A program made the position numbers and the translations under genes. DNA of 64,000 nt from Ruditapes philippinarum (taxonomy: Eukaryota). The notes beneath the pieces were generated by a model, which saw nothing but the letters and a program-made list of their open reading frames with translations, had not been told where the DNA came from and searched no databases. Location: NCBI RefSeq assembly GCF_026571515.1, contig NW_026855956.1:1-64000 (forward strand), given 5' to 3'. Every line of letters starts with the position of its first letter. The stretch's first letter is position 1. Shown here piece after piece: positions 39,306 through 52,307 of the stretch.

Positions 39306-39350
<45 letters not shown>
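39306..39350. repeat. (AAT)n microsatellite
   Basis: About 15 uninterrupted units. Confidence 0.95.
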
Positions 39351-39355
<5 letters not shown>

Positions 39356-40378
39356 TAAAAGATTGTGTGTATAAAGTGTGACATGTTTATTTACTGAAAG
39401 AACGTCAATGCGGCACTTAATAAATTTGCTTCCCAATAGCATATTGGTTCCATTTGCCTCCCTTGTTCTGTTTATTATATTACTGTTAACAGCTTGAATA
39501 TGTAGCCTAGCGGGTATGTTGTAATTTATTTTATGATTTTGTTTGTTACTCATCATATGGACTGTCCACAATCCACTTAATTAATGAAGTAAATTATGAT
39601 ATGAGGTTTTGTTAATGCTGTTTTTGTGGAGTTACTGAAATAAAGTGTTTTTTGCTTCATATTTTGACCAATAGCGAAGGCATTTATCGATTTTACGGAT
39701 GAAGTTGTGTAGAAACTGTATTGTATTTTGATATGGATCCAGATGTCTGTCTGAAAGTCATGTACAATACACTCCTGACGCACATTTAATATTAGTTTTG
39801 TATAGCAAATACATGTAGTTATGTACATGTACAATTTGTTTTTACACTAGTATCTTAAGAATTATGACATTTAAAAGGCTTGTTTTGTCCCAGAAATGCC
39901 TTTTTATTTTTTAAAAGCTTTTTCTTTTTTGTGTACTTCTAATACTTTTATAAATGTTTTGCTTCTGTTGGTTTTTAGGCCGTTAGTAAAGTTAAAGTGA
40001 TTCACTAATAGTATTTTGTATGGAATTCAAAATACTACTTTTAATATTTTAATACTATCACGATAATTTTTTTCACATCAAGCGCTATTTTCTTTTGGTC
40101 TTAATCGTTTTATTTAATATCTTATGCCTTTTCTTGGGAGGTAGAAATTGTATAATATCTAAGGGCCTATGTGCCTTTAAGTCATTCGATCCTTGCTACC
40201 CAACCCACCATTTGAATTTTTGTTCGGACGTTTCTGTACATCGGTAAATTATAATGAGTAGGTTGAAGTGATTATTTGTCATGTAGTGATCCTTCGGATA
40301 AAAGAAATAATTAAAAATGGCTTACCGTATTCTTAAGGAATTATTTGAAATATGTCAAAAACGCGGACACAGTATTAA

Positions 40379-42793
40379 CACGGGGGAGGAAGTGTTACAC
40401 GAAGGATGGAGTTCTTATGATAACTTGTTCAGGAGTTCTTGTGATAACTGTCACGGAGTTCGTCGGAAAATATCTGTATATACTACAAAACACTCGTTAA
40501 AATTGGTTATTTTCATCGTTCTAAAAAGAGTTTTAGGTGCTTAATTAAACTTTAATGATTAAGCTTGTCTTACATCTTGTTTTATGTGTCAAAGCCTAAT
40601 TTACAGGCCATTTTTCATCGCCTCTTGCTTCAAATCTGGTAGTTTTGAGTAAAATTTCCAAATTACTTGCCAATTCACAAGTTTTGACCGGTTTATTTCT
40701 GGTCTTCATCCTTGCCATACATAATTACCTAATTATAATGCAAAATTGCAAACATAAAGCACCGGCTAACAGATTTATACCCAAATTTTCAAATGTCCCG
40801 GAGTTCTTGTGATAACTCTGAAGATGTCACAGAGTTCTTATGATAACTTTTGTTATTACCAGTGTGTTTCTTGCGCTAAATCACGGCACGTTTTGGCGTT
40901 TATTATCATTCAATAAGATGTTAAATCATTATGAAATGCAGTACGCTCATTCTTTGCACAAACATGTGGATAAAACGTTGATCTTAAGTGTTTGCAAAGG
41001 ATAAATAGGTGATAGGCTATCATCTACAGTAAAAATTAAGCCAGCGGCCACTGATATTCAGCAGTATAATGGCTTAAACCACAAAACAAAAATGTCTCAA
41101 AACATACACGTTGTTCTAAGTTTTACATGTTTCAAGAAAGCAGACAATATATAGGCATGATTCCCTTACCTATAAGGGCTAAGTAATTTGTATCATTTTA
41201 TACCATAATAAATTAGTATATACCAAGATAATTTCCACACCTATGTCTGAAAAAAGTACAAACATGATAAAAACTCAACTGCAGTTGGCTCTAACGAACA
41301 AATTTGAACTGTCCCTCCAGGTTCGAGCGAACCAAGTTTGACTTCATGTTTTTGTTATCAATTACAGCAAAAGTAGCAGAGTTTCCTCCACTAAGATTAC
41401 ATAGGGGAAATACTCATCAAACATCGACAGAAAAATATACATGAAAATACCATATTTGAGTATTTCAAAGCGCATTTTATCACGTACATAAATGTCCTAC
41501 TGGTTTCATAGCAGTTCCCCGTCCCAAATCGCACTTTTTAACAAATAAAATAAAAATATGTCTACCGAAGAGTGCAAACTTTGACAGAACAAAGTTAGGT
41601 ACCTTGTCAAGCATTACCATGTTTTAATGTTGCTCTTTTATTTTACATTTTAATAGAATAAAGGCCTGAGATGTACACCTTTGCTCACATTTATTCAAAA
41701 TTTCATAGCAGTTTTTGGACCTTTTTTATTTTGAATATATAGCAATGTCCCAAACTTTTCCGTGTCGTCTGCAAATTTATTGTTTAAAAGTAGTGATTTA
41801 CCTAGAATGGGATTTCAGTTATTGTCCATGGGCATTCAAAGTAGAATTCCCGAGGTCTTGTTATTCGTAAGTGTCGCAAGTTCTCTAATGTAACTTAAAA
41901 CAACAGACAAACACTTTGAAACATATTAATCGCTGTACTATTATAACTGCTGTATTTCATAAAAAAAACAAATATTCTCTACTTGATGCAGTTACATAGA
42001 TACTTAACTGAGAAAAAATAGTCTGTATGCCTTGATGAAAATGATAAAGGGCCAGAATACTGCTAGGAGCCGGAAACTGCTAGGAAACCAGTAAATAACT
42101 ACGAAATCTGCGTTAAACAAAAAAAAATACTATGAAAAAGAAACGGGGGTAAGAAATAATATCTCTTGAACTAAAATTCACTCAAAACCAACATTATATA
42201 TCCTATTTTTTGCGCAAAGGATGAGCGTACTACATTTAATAATGATTTACAATCTCATTGAATAATAAAAAAAACGCTTAAACGTGCCGTGATTTAGCGC
42301 AAGAAACACACTGGCAATAAAAAAGTTATCATAAGAACTCTGTGACATCTTCAGAGTTATCACAAGAACTCCGGGACATTTGAAAATTTGGGTATAAATC
42401 TGTTAGCCGGTGCTTTATGTTTGCAATTTTGCATTATAATTAGGTAATTATGTATGGCAAGGATGAAAACCAGAAATAAACCGGTCAAAACTTGTGAATT
42501 GGCAAAATAATTTGGAAATTTTACTGAAACTACCAGATTTATAGCAAGAGGCGATTAAAAATGGCCTGTGAATTAGTTTTTGACACATAATACAAGATGT
42601 AAGACAAGCTTAATCATTAAAGTTTAATTAAGCACCTAAAACTCATTTTTGAAAGATGAAAATAACCAATTTTAACGAGTGTTTTGTAGTATATACATAT
42701 GTTTTCCGACGAACTCCGTGACCGTTATCACAAGAACTCCTGAACAAGTTATCATAAGAACTCCATCCTTCGTGTAACACTTCCTCCCCCGTG
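40379..42793. mobile_element. Non-autonomous DNA transposon, 2.4 kb, ~590-bp TIRs, CAC...GTG ends, 5-bp TSD ATTAA
   Basis: 40379-~40965 is the near-perfect reverse complement of ~42207-42793. ATTAA flanks both ends. The motif GAGTTCTTRTGATAAC is repeated within each arm. No internal transposase ORF. Confidence 0.88.
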
Positions 42794-43969
42794 ATTAAGA
42801 ACATTTGCAGTGAGCGCGGACTTCTTACCTAGCATTGGTGTTGGGCATTTCTTGCTATACCCTTATTTTCCTTTCCGTTTAGAAATGAATCCAAGACAGC
42901 TTAGAAGTTTCATCTTTTTCTTCTTATCACTTTTTTTATTATCTTCTTTTGAGGTGGTTTTCTTTTTTTTCTCACTTTCTTCAGTCATCCTTTCAAGTTG
43001 TTGTCTTCTTGGTCATAAACAGGCTTAATCAAACTGAGCCTGCAACATTTTCAATTTTGTCGTTTTGGACGTTCTTAATGGATTCTGTTTTTCTCTATTT
43101 TCTTTTCCGGCTTAAGCATAATTCAACATTTAAACACAAAAATGAATTTTTGAACAAACGCAACGTATATAGATGTAAAACACATGCAAACGCCAAAGAT
43201 ATCGGTAAATAAATAAATAAATGTTCTTTAACAAAAATGTATTGCCCTTAATATCCAGTTGTTGAAAACCTAATTCAATTATGGATGCATTTGACAATTG
43301 AAAGCGGAATTCAAACAAAAGCATGAAACATCAAAGTTGTCGGCCTTAACAAAATTTCACTGTTATATCATTCTAGACAAATATTGGCAGGTCTAAATTG
43401 TACGATTTTAATACATTTAAGCCCGTTTCCCATTTTTGTCTCCCGTAAAAAGGTAAACTTCACAGTAAATTTTTGTGACATATTTGAATGTATTTGGCAC
43501 TCCTGTTTGAACAATTTGTACGTATTTTTTATACGTGCGACGTATGTGTGTTTGTGTGTATGCGCGCGCGCGTGTGTGTCTCTGTGTGGAATTTGCGTTT
43601 ATCTGAAAGAATAGCTCTTATGCACATTTTATCGTGCATAACATCTGCAGAAGCCCTCCGACTGCGTCCTCGTGCTCTTCAGTTGTTAATTCACGAAGAA
43701 GGTGCTTCAGTAAAAACAAAGGATTACGTGTGAGGTTAAAACAGTTTATCCACTAAACCCATGGGAAATTTCATTAACACAATTACGGCCGGGTTAATAA
43801 CCTCTATGGATTAAATGTATTCACTCACATGTTATCTTGACAGGTATTGGCGTATTTCTCAGGGCAGTCGCAACTTCTCGGCTCCTTTCGTCAAACTTCA
43901 GATATGTATGAATAATCGTGGAGGTTTCCCGAATTCGAGTCAGTGTATTTACATTGTAGAAAATAAAGC

Positions 43970-46900
43970 ATGATTTGTGACGTGACAGACAGACGGGTGG
44001 ACGGCTGCTATGGCTGGATTGTCGTGATGTCGGGGTTTTGTCTAATCGTATTAACGGATGGTATATTGTTTACTTTTGGCAACTTGCTGATTGAGCTCAC
44101 AGAGTACTTTGATGCTGATCGTGCCAGGATAGCTCTCGTTGGAGCATTAATGCTTGGCTTTTCTTGCCTCACTGGTAAGTTTTTTCTTTCTTAACGTTTA
44201 CAGGGCATGAATTGTGCATGCTTTTTTTATATTCTTTATTTTTCTAAGACTTAGAAATATCTTTGTATATTTTCATAGAAACTGTGGGCTTACGAGTGGA
44301 CATTAAATGACTTAAAGGATAAAATAGCACGAGTTTCGCGTTTTTTTTAAACGCATGTCTCAGGGTGCCATGTCAAAGAAAGCTGACTGCAATGACGCCC
44401 CAGTAGTTTTATTTTATAGAATTATAACACTCAAAATAGCATTATACGAGCATAATTTATTGCACACCCGATTTCTTTATACGAAAAAAAAAGCAAGATA
44501 GATATATATAGATATTCCTTATCTCCTCCTTAAAGAAGAGCATGTCAAATATTAATGTTACAAATATTACATTTACATATATATAACAGTTATATGATAT
44601 TGACATTGTTACAAACATAATCATACATTCTGTAATCTTAGTAGGTTTAAGAAACGGATATTTGCAACCATTACAAACATATGATGCAGACGATATTTTT
44701 ATTCATCACACACATGAATTTTATGCAAAAACAACAACAAATAACGAAACGTAAAACGTATACTTTTTACTGCAAGAATATCGTTGTTACATTGTATTAC
44801 ACATTGTTTCGTACATCAACATCTTTGGACACCATCGTACTTTAATATAACCCTCGCCCTGTAATTCTGCAGATTGTAATGCTCGAAACCACTAAATGTT
44901 AGCGATATCTTAACAACTATTCTCCATTCAAGTGCGTAAAAGTTTGATAATGTTAACCACCAAAATTCCTAAATTGTCAATAGAGTGAAGGTCAGGAGTA
45001 CGTACTATTGTGTACACATGTATTAATTTGTTGCAGATTTATTATGATTATGCTATTTTCTATAAACTCAACCAAAGTCGAGTGAGTAAACATCTCTCGA
45101 CTTTTTTTTCTTCCGTAAAACACACCATGTTTTGGTTAAAATAATAATTATTCAACAAATTTCCTCTTTAATCAGGACCAATAAGTGGAGGTCTTTGTGA
45201 CAGGTTTGGTTGTCGGATGGTTGCAGTGACTGGTGCTGTGTTATCGTCCGTCAGTTTGTTGATTAGTTCGTTCGCCACAAACGTTACATATCTGTACCTT
45301 ACCTACGGTGTTCTTGGTGGTAAGTCAGCTTTGCATAATGACAAGCAGTGGTTTTTCTCACTTAATTGGGAAAAGTCCATAACCTCTTAATTTGGGGAAA
45401 AAATCGCTAAAATTTCTTGGTGGTTAGTCAGCAGCAGTGGTTTTAAAAGTCCTAAGCCTCTAAGCTAAAATTGCTAATTTGGGAAGTAAATAAGCTGAGG
45501 TAAGTTTAGAACTTTGAGAAAACTGCATGCTTTTAAGGAACGTTTCCATTGGGAAGAAGCCATATTAAGGTCTTTGTATTATAAGGAGGAAAATTACTAG
45601 ACAAGGACATATAACAATATATCAGAATTTGGTATCTTATATCCGTGGTAAGTTGTAAAAGATGGCCTAGCAAATAATTTCATCTCACCCGAGAGATTTT
45701 TGGTATAAGCCCTTCTTGTTGTTTCATTTTCGATGAATTTACTGTTATTTTCGGGACAGTGCATGATACAGCACTTGCTTTGTCCCTGAGTCGACCTTTG
45801 TTCTGGGACTCATTTGAGAGACATCTAATTTTGTTAGTGAATGAGCGTGGAATCGAACCTGCGACTGCGACCCTGGTTGAAAAGTCAAGAGCGTTACCAG
45901 TGAACTACGGATTCTTATGTCATGGTCATGTTCACTAAAACTCTAGCACTGGTGTGTTCGAGCGCAAATAAATTAGCTACAGGCGGTCTTCAATATCAAG
46001 TCCTTAATGAAGAAATAAACATTTTCTCAAAGAAATCATGTAACGGTGTTAACTATTATCATTTTAATTCAAGGTACGGGCGTAGGATTCATGTACTTAT
46101 CAGCAAATGTGATAGCGGTGCAATATTTCGACAAACATAGAGGTCTTGCATGTGGAATAACATTGTGTGGTTCCGGTAAGTCCTTACAACGAAATCAGTA
46201 ATATTTAGTAATTGTCAGTTTTCAACACATTTAAAGATTGTTCATGTCTGACAGCTAAACGATGTCAAACGTTTTATTATTCAAGAGTAGCAGAGGATAA
46301 AGCACACGATCTCATGATTTGTGTATCTGCGCCAGACTCGACGTGTTGTTATATTTTTCTGGTCCTTCGGGATCAGTTATTCCAGCAAGTTTGAAAATTG
46401 AGTACCACTCAAGCCGGTACTGGGGGATGCCGTTACGGATGTTTTACTATTTAATAATTTCTCATATGTAGACTCAATCAAACCGAGTCTGCAATTTTGA
46501 TGTAATTTTGCCGATTTTGAAGCTTCCAATGGATCTCTTTTTTCAGATATTTATTCTTTTCTTTCTAGTGTGCTATTAACAATGAATACATTGTTTTAAC
46601 TTGCAGGCATTGGGATGTTTATTTTTAACCTAATAACACGTTTTTGGATAAATGAATACGGATGGCGGGGTACAGTATTTACTAGAAGCAGGAATGTGCA
46701 TACAGGGGTCTGTGTTTGGTCTATTACTTTTACCTCCCGTTAAAAGCAATGTAACCAATGCAAAACCAGTAAAAGACGAGCAATTGCAGATTATGATTGA
46801 AACCGAAAATCGTAAGACTAATAATTCATGCGACAAAAATGATATCATATTAGAAACCGATTTAGCTGAAGTTGATGAGGATTTAACCGAAAGGGATTAT

Positions 46901-49900
46901 TTTGAAATTGAGAAAAATACAGAGAAAGAACCGAAAGCAGAGAAATGTAGCAAAAGTCCAAAATGTAAATGGCTGTTGAGTCCAATTCGGAATATGTTTG
47001 ATATTTCATTGTTGACCGATGTAAAATTCGTGATATTTCTTCTGTCGTTGATTGCATGTCATCTAGCGTATTCATTAGTGTTAAACATGACTGTAGATCG
47101 TGCACTTGAGTTGGGAATGACAAAAAATGAGTCAGCGTGGTTAGCTTCTTCTATTGGTAAGTTGGTTTTTATTTTATTGTTGTGTGCGCTCCATACCTTT
47201 TACAGGACTGATTTTGAGAATTTGGCTCCCTATAAGATGCTAGAGGCATTTTGTAGTACAGGTGGTATCTTGGTGTATTTAACCTATTTAAGGTATGCTG
47301 AATCCGGTAAAAGTGGATACCAAATTGAAAAACTTGATCTTGACCATTGAAATGGCCATTTGAAATGACCACTAAAATGGGCACCAAATTTCTTTAACAT
47401 CAAATGGACGATATATCAAATAAAACTTTTAAGGAAAGGAAAAGCCTGAAATTTGTCACAAAGCATGTTAGGTAAAAACAAATTAGACACCAAAACAGAA
47501 TTAAAAAAAACAAAACAATCCAATATGGCCGAATAATCCAAGATGGTGGACATTTTTCTATAGGCCAGTATAATACTAATATAGAAATAATATTAGAGAT
47601 AGTACTGAAAATTTTAAGGCATTTAAACATAAGAGAACTGTATTTAGGGTTTACGCAGCGAACACTTCACTCTTACCTGCCCTATCTGCTTGATATAGGG
47701 TTTTCATGTATTTTATCTTATATGCAAGCATATAACGTGACTACTCAGATTCCTACTGCGTATGTGTGAGGAGGTTAAACATGTGCATGCAAAATATACA
47801 TTAATTAAAGGCACCTTTCTCTGAGTACTCTTGGGTTTTGATGCTCGTTTTTTGTTATTGGTCGTCGTCTTCGTTCTTCTGTTATCGGTCCTGGTCTCAG
47901 TTCTTTTGTTGTCAGATGTTCTGTTATCGGTTCACGTCTCTGTTTTTGGTCGTCGTCTTTATTCTTCGGTTATCGGTTCTCGTCACCGTTCTTCTGTTAT
48001 CGGTTCTCATCTTCGTTCTTCTCCGTTCATCTATCATCGGTTCCCAACTCTATTCTTCTGTAATCAGTCATGGTTTCCGTTTTCTTGTTGTCAATTATTC
48101 TGTTATTGGTCCTCGTCTCTATTTTTCTGTTATCAATCCTGTCTCCGTTGTCTTGTTGTCAGTTTTTCTATTAACGGTCCCTGTCTCTGTTCTTCTGTTA
48201 TCGGTCCTCGTATCTGTTCGCTTGTTGTCAGTTCTGCTGTTATCGGTCCCTATCTCTGTTCTTCTGTTTTTGGTCCTTGTCTCTGTTCGCTTGTTGTCAG
48301 TTTTTGTGTTCACGGTCCATGTATCTCTTCTTCTGTTTTCAGTCCTCGTCTCTGTCCTTCAGGTTCTCTTCTCCGTTCGCTTGTTGTAAGTTTTTCTGTT
48401 ATCGGTCCCTGTCTCTGTTTTTCTGTTATTGGTCGACGTCTCTGTTCGCTTGTTGTCAGTTCTTGTGTTCACGGTCCCTGTCTCTCTTCTTCTGTTTTTG
48501 GTCCTTGTCTCTGTTCGCTTGTTGTCACTTCTTGTGTTGTTCGCTTGTTGTCAGTTCTTGTGTTCACGGTCCCTGTCTCTCTTCTTCTGTTTTTTGTCCT
48601 TGTATCTGTTCGCTTGTTATCAGTTCTTGTCTCTGTTCGCTTGTTGTCAGTTCTTGTGTTCACGGTCCCTGTCTCTCTTCTGTTTTTGGCCCTTGTCTCT
48701 GTTCGCTTGTTGTCGTTCTTGTGTTGTTCGCTTGTTGTTAGTTCTTGTGTTCACGGTCCCTATTTCTCTTCTTCTGTTTTTTGTCCTTGTCTCTGTTCGC
48801 TTGTTGTCAGTTCTTGTGTTGTTCGCTTGTTGTCAGTTCTTGTGTTCACGGTCCCTGTCTCTCTTCTTCTGTTTTTGGTCCTTGTCTCTGTTCGCTTGTT
48901 GTCAGTTCTTGTGTTGTTCGCTTGTTGTTCTTGTGTTCACGGTCCCTGTCTCTCTTCTTCTGTTTTTGGTCCTTGTCTCTGTTCGCTTGTTGTCAGTTCT
49001 TGTGTTGTTCGCTTGTTGTCAGGTCTTGTGTTCACGGTCCCTGTCTCTCTTCTTCTGTTTTTGGTCCTTGTCTCTGTTCGCTTGTTGTCAGTTCTTGTTT
49101 GTGTTGTTCGCTTGTTGTCAGTTCTTGTGTTCACGGTCCCTATCTCTCTTCTTCTGTTTTTGGTCCTTGTTTCTGTTCGCTCTGTTTTTGGTCCTTGTTT
49201 CTGTTCGCTTGTTGTCAGTTCTTGTGTTCACGGTCCCTGTCTCTCTTCTTCTGTTTTTGGTCCTTGTCTCTGTTCGCTTGTTGTCAGTTCTTGTGTTCAC
49301 GGTCCCTGTCTCTCTTCTTATGTTTTCAGTCCTCGTCTCTGTTCTTCTGTTATTGGTCCTCGTCTCTGTTCGCTTGTTGTCAGTTCTTGTCTGCGTTCTT
49401 CCTTCTGTTATCGGTCGTCTTCTTCGGTATTGTACTTTCGGTACTTGTTTCCTGTTCCGTTAAGGTCTTCTCTTGTATACTATGGTTGCCGTCATTCTGT
49501 GTCGATGTCCTGGTTTTGTCAGTCTTGTAGTCATTTATTCGTTCAGTGGAGTAGCGGGGGATCGAACTCACGACCCCTTGATTTGTAGGCAGACAGTGTT
49601 ACCACTGCACCATAGCGCCCGCTCTGAATAATAACCATTTTTGAAAGTCCTTTATACATTAAATACTATTTCAATGGCTAACAAAGGGTGTATTACAATT
49701 ATATTTTAACACCTCTACTATGTAGCCATCCCACGTGACTTTTATATATGGTCAAAGTAAATATTACTCGATTTATTACAAGTAATATTTTTATAGATAA
49801 CTTTGCTGTTACTTTAAGATATCCTGGATTTATTGGAGGGTACCCAGAATTCTAATGTATATCAAATGATGTGATAATCTTCTTGTAGAATTTTCTCAAA

Positions 49901-52307
49901 ACCGTGACTGAATTCCAAAATTTTCGAGAGCTGCCATGGTAAAGCAAGCACACATAGCAATCTCCCGGTTTCAGACAATTTATGACTCGATGAAAATAAG
50001 GTGTTGTTATTGTTGTTGTTGTTTTTGACTTTCACTTTAAATTTCAAATTAAATAGTCACTTATTTTTAAACAAGATGGTAAACATTTGGTGTTTTCTGT
50101 AATTTTTGTTAAGAATGTGATGAAGTATACACTTCTTAGTTTAAGATGACTTTTTATCCATCGTATACCTTAATGCAGTTATAATTGAATCTAAAAAATG
50201 AATTATGCAGACATTATTTTCAGCAGAAAACAACAAATGCAAACAATACCACACACAAAAAACTTACATGCAGCATACATGTGTAATGTTCACTATGTGC
50301 TGAAAAACGGCTCTTTATTATTTCAATATTTCAGCAAGTTACACATTTTATAAATGAATGGGACAGAAATGTTGTTGTAACCATTTAAAAAGTAGGATTT
50401 GTAAAAATTTGTAAGTTGGCTATATTTTTACCTAGTTTGCTCAACACTCAATTAACACATTTTTATATATAAACCTGAGGTAGAAAACAACTTTCATAGA
50501 TTGAGATAGAGCCATAATGTCGTAGATATTTGGGTTACAACAGGAGTTTTTGATCCTGATAATGTTTTAAGTAGGATAAACATAAATTATTCTTAAAATT
50601 TTGTACTGCCTTAATTCATTTTTTAAGTGATCACATTATGGGGAAGGTGTCTGCATAAAGTGCTGCTACGTGCACTCTTATTTGTCGCATTCAAAATCAC
50701 ATTGATTTGTCACTGTCTACTTCCTGGCAAATCCTTGTTTCACAAAAAGGAAGATAGATATGTACTATAACATATAATTGTTACATCTTCCGCCTGCGTT
50801 ATTATTTGTTCACTTAGTATTAGCTGTTACATTTTACTCCCAGGTATTGCAAGCACTATAGGCCGGGCTGTACTCGGATGGTTCGGAGATAGGCAATATG
50901 TGAATAAGATTATGCTAGTTTCTGTTCTACTACTTTTGTTGGGATTGTCTACAATGCTGTCCTGCTTCTTGAAAACCTTTTCAACTTTAGTGATCTACTC
51001 ATCTATCTACGGTTTCTTCGCAGGCATGTATCATTCAGTCTTGCTTTACATTTTTGTCTCGTGAGCTAAAATTTTACAGATAGAGTTGCTTTCCAAATGA
51101 AACGGAACGTGTAACCTAGAGAGCCCATATAAAGAATAAAGAAAGTATTTATCAATTTTTCGACATTATTTTATCATGAAAAATTACTTATATTGATATG
51201 TCCTGAAAGTCATTTTTTATTGAACTTCATACGTTATTTTTAACATAAAACTTCATAAAATAAATAAAAAGATAAGTATCTAAGGAAAGATATCAAATGT
51301 GTTATCAAATGTTATTGTCACGTGACTGATTACATTTCATTTTAGGCGGATATATTGCGTTATGTCCAACAGTATTGGCAGAACTGTTCTCAGCAGAACT
51401 GATTGCAAGATCATTCGGTTTATATTTTCTCTTTATTGGAATATCTTCTACAGCAGCGACACCTATTGGAGGTAAAAGTAAAACACGTGGTTTGTGACGA
51501 ACGTGGTCAGTCATTGCGTCATTAGGTCATCAACGTTTATGTATTTTGTGTGAAAAAGTTTAGTATGTCCATTTAGTTTGCGCGATAGGTCGATAATTCT
51601 ACTCAGGTCTGTTGCTAGAACAGCAAGAAAGTTCGAGGTACCTTCAATTCTTGTGCAATACACATTTTTATCCCCCATACACTAAGCAATATTTATAGAT
51701 CTAGTTTTGGTATAAATGTGCATAAAATTCAGAAAATAACGCCATAAATATAAGTTATTTCAATACGAAATTTATTGAACAGTTTAATAAGTTCATATTA
51801 TGCTCGCCAGAGGCTGCGCATTATATAATCTATTCAACATGTTCAATAAATTCAGTAATAAACCTACACGGATAATATTCTTTTTATCAAATTTCCAAAA
51901 TACTAAGTACATGTACCCAAAATAAGAATTGTTTACAGTAGAAACAATTACAATTTATTTGACGCACCCATAGTGTAACGTTTACGCTCTTTAACGCTAT
52001 GTTTGTATAACGTGATAATTTATGCACAGCCGTGCCATACCATTTTTACGGAGTCGAAATAGCGGCACGGGTATGTGATAGTGTGCATTTTGTTATCCAT
52101 GAAAGGGCCAAAACTAAATGATAATATTTATTGCAAAATTTTATACTAAGACGTACGGTTTCGTGACGGAATGTTTTCTTTTTTTCAGGATTTCTGTACG
52201 ACACAACCGGGAGTTATGACGTCACGTTTGTTGTTGCAGGAGCTGAGCTTTTTACGGCAGGAATTTTGATAATAGTTCTCAGATGTGTTCATGTACATTA
52301 CGTTTAA
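43970..52307 (+). CDS. Monocarboxylate transporter (SLC16/MCT family, MFS), 7 exons, ~474 aa, with an apparent +1 frameshift at 46678-46680
   Basis: Exons 43970-44174, 45176-45319, 46074-46175, 46607-47156, 50844-51023 (GC donor), 51346-51471 and 52189-52307. MCT motifs: DGCYGWIVV, DRFGCR, YFDKHRGLACGI, YGWRG, GR...GWFGDR, TPIGGFLYDTTGSY. Confidence 0.88.
45346..45600. mobile_element. Inverted copy of the 17108-17307 MITE family, 5-bp TSD ACAAG (MCT intron 2)
   Basis: CAGTGGTTTTTCTCACTTAA...AAAATTACTAG with ACAAG on both flanks. Confidence 0.72.
47850..49450. repeat. A-poor hierarchical tandem repeat (~69-bp unit built from ~21-24-bp subunits) in MCT intron 4
   Basis: CTCTGTTCGCTTGTTGTCAGTTCTTGTGTTCACGGTCCCTGTCTCTCTTCTTCTGTTTTTGGTCCTTGT repeated. 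Homogeneous in the centre, degenerate at the edges. Confidence 0.93.
49545..49620 (-). promoter_or_regulatory. tRNA-like Pol III type-2 promoter head (SINE-like)
   Basis: A box TGGTGCAGTGG (49612-49602) and B box GAGTTCGATCC (49569-49559). The acceptor stem does not pair, so it is not called a tRNA. Confidence 0.55.

Noticed and set aside
39305-39571. ORF ending in poly-Tyr
   Set aside because: Translation of the (AAT)n microsatellite.
47831-49588. 585-aa, 344-aa and 261-aa overlapping ORFs
   Set aside because: Open only because the plus strand of the tandem repeat is A-poor and so lacks stops. They are low-complexity, open in several frames, and lie inside MCT intron 4.
49545-49620. tRNA gene (also candidates at ~45840-45910, 11000-11082 and 53360-53440)
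   Set aside because: A/B boxes are present but acceptor stems do not pair, and most continue into SINE bodies.
51317-51326. Perfect CLEAR motif GTCACGTGAC
   Set aside because: A single copy deep in an MCT intron next to a branch region, far from any start site; chance occurrence is plausible.
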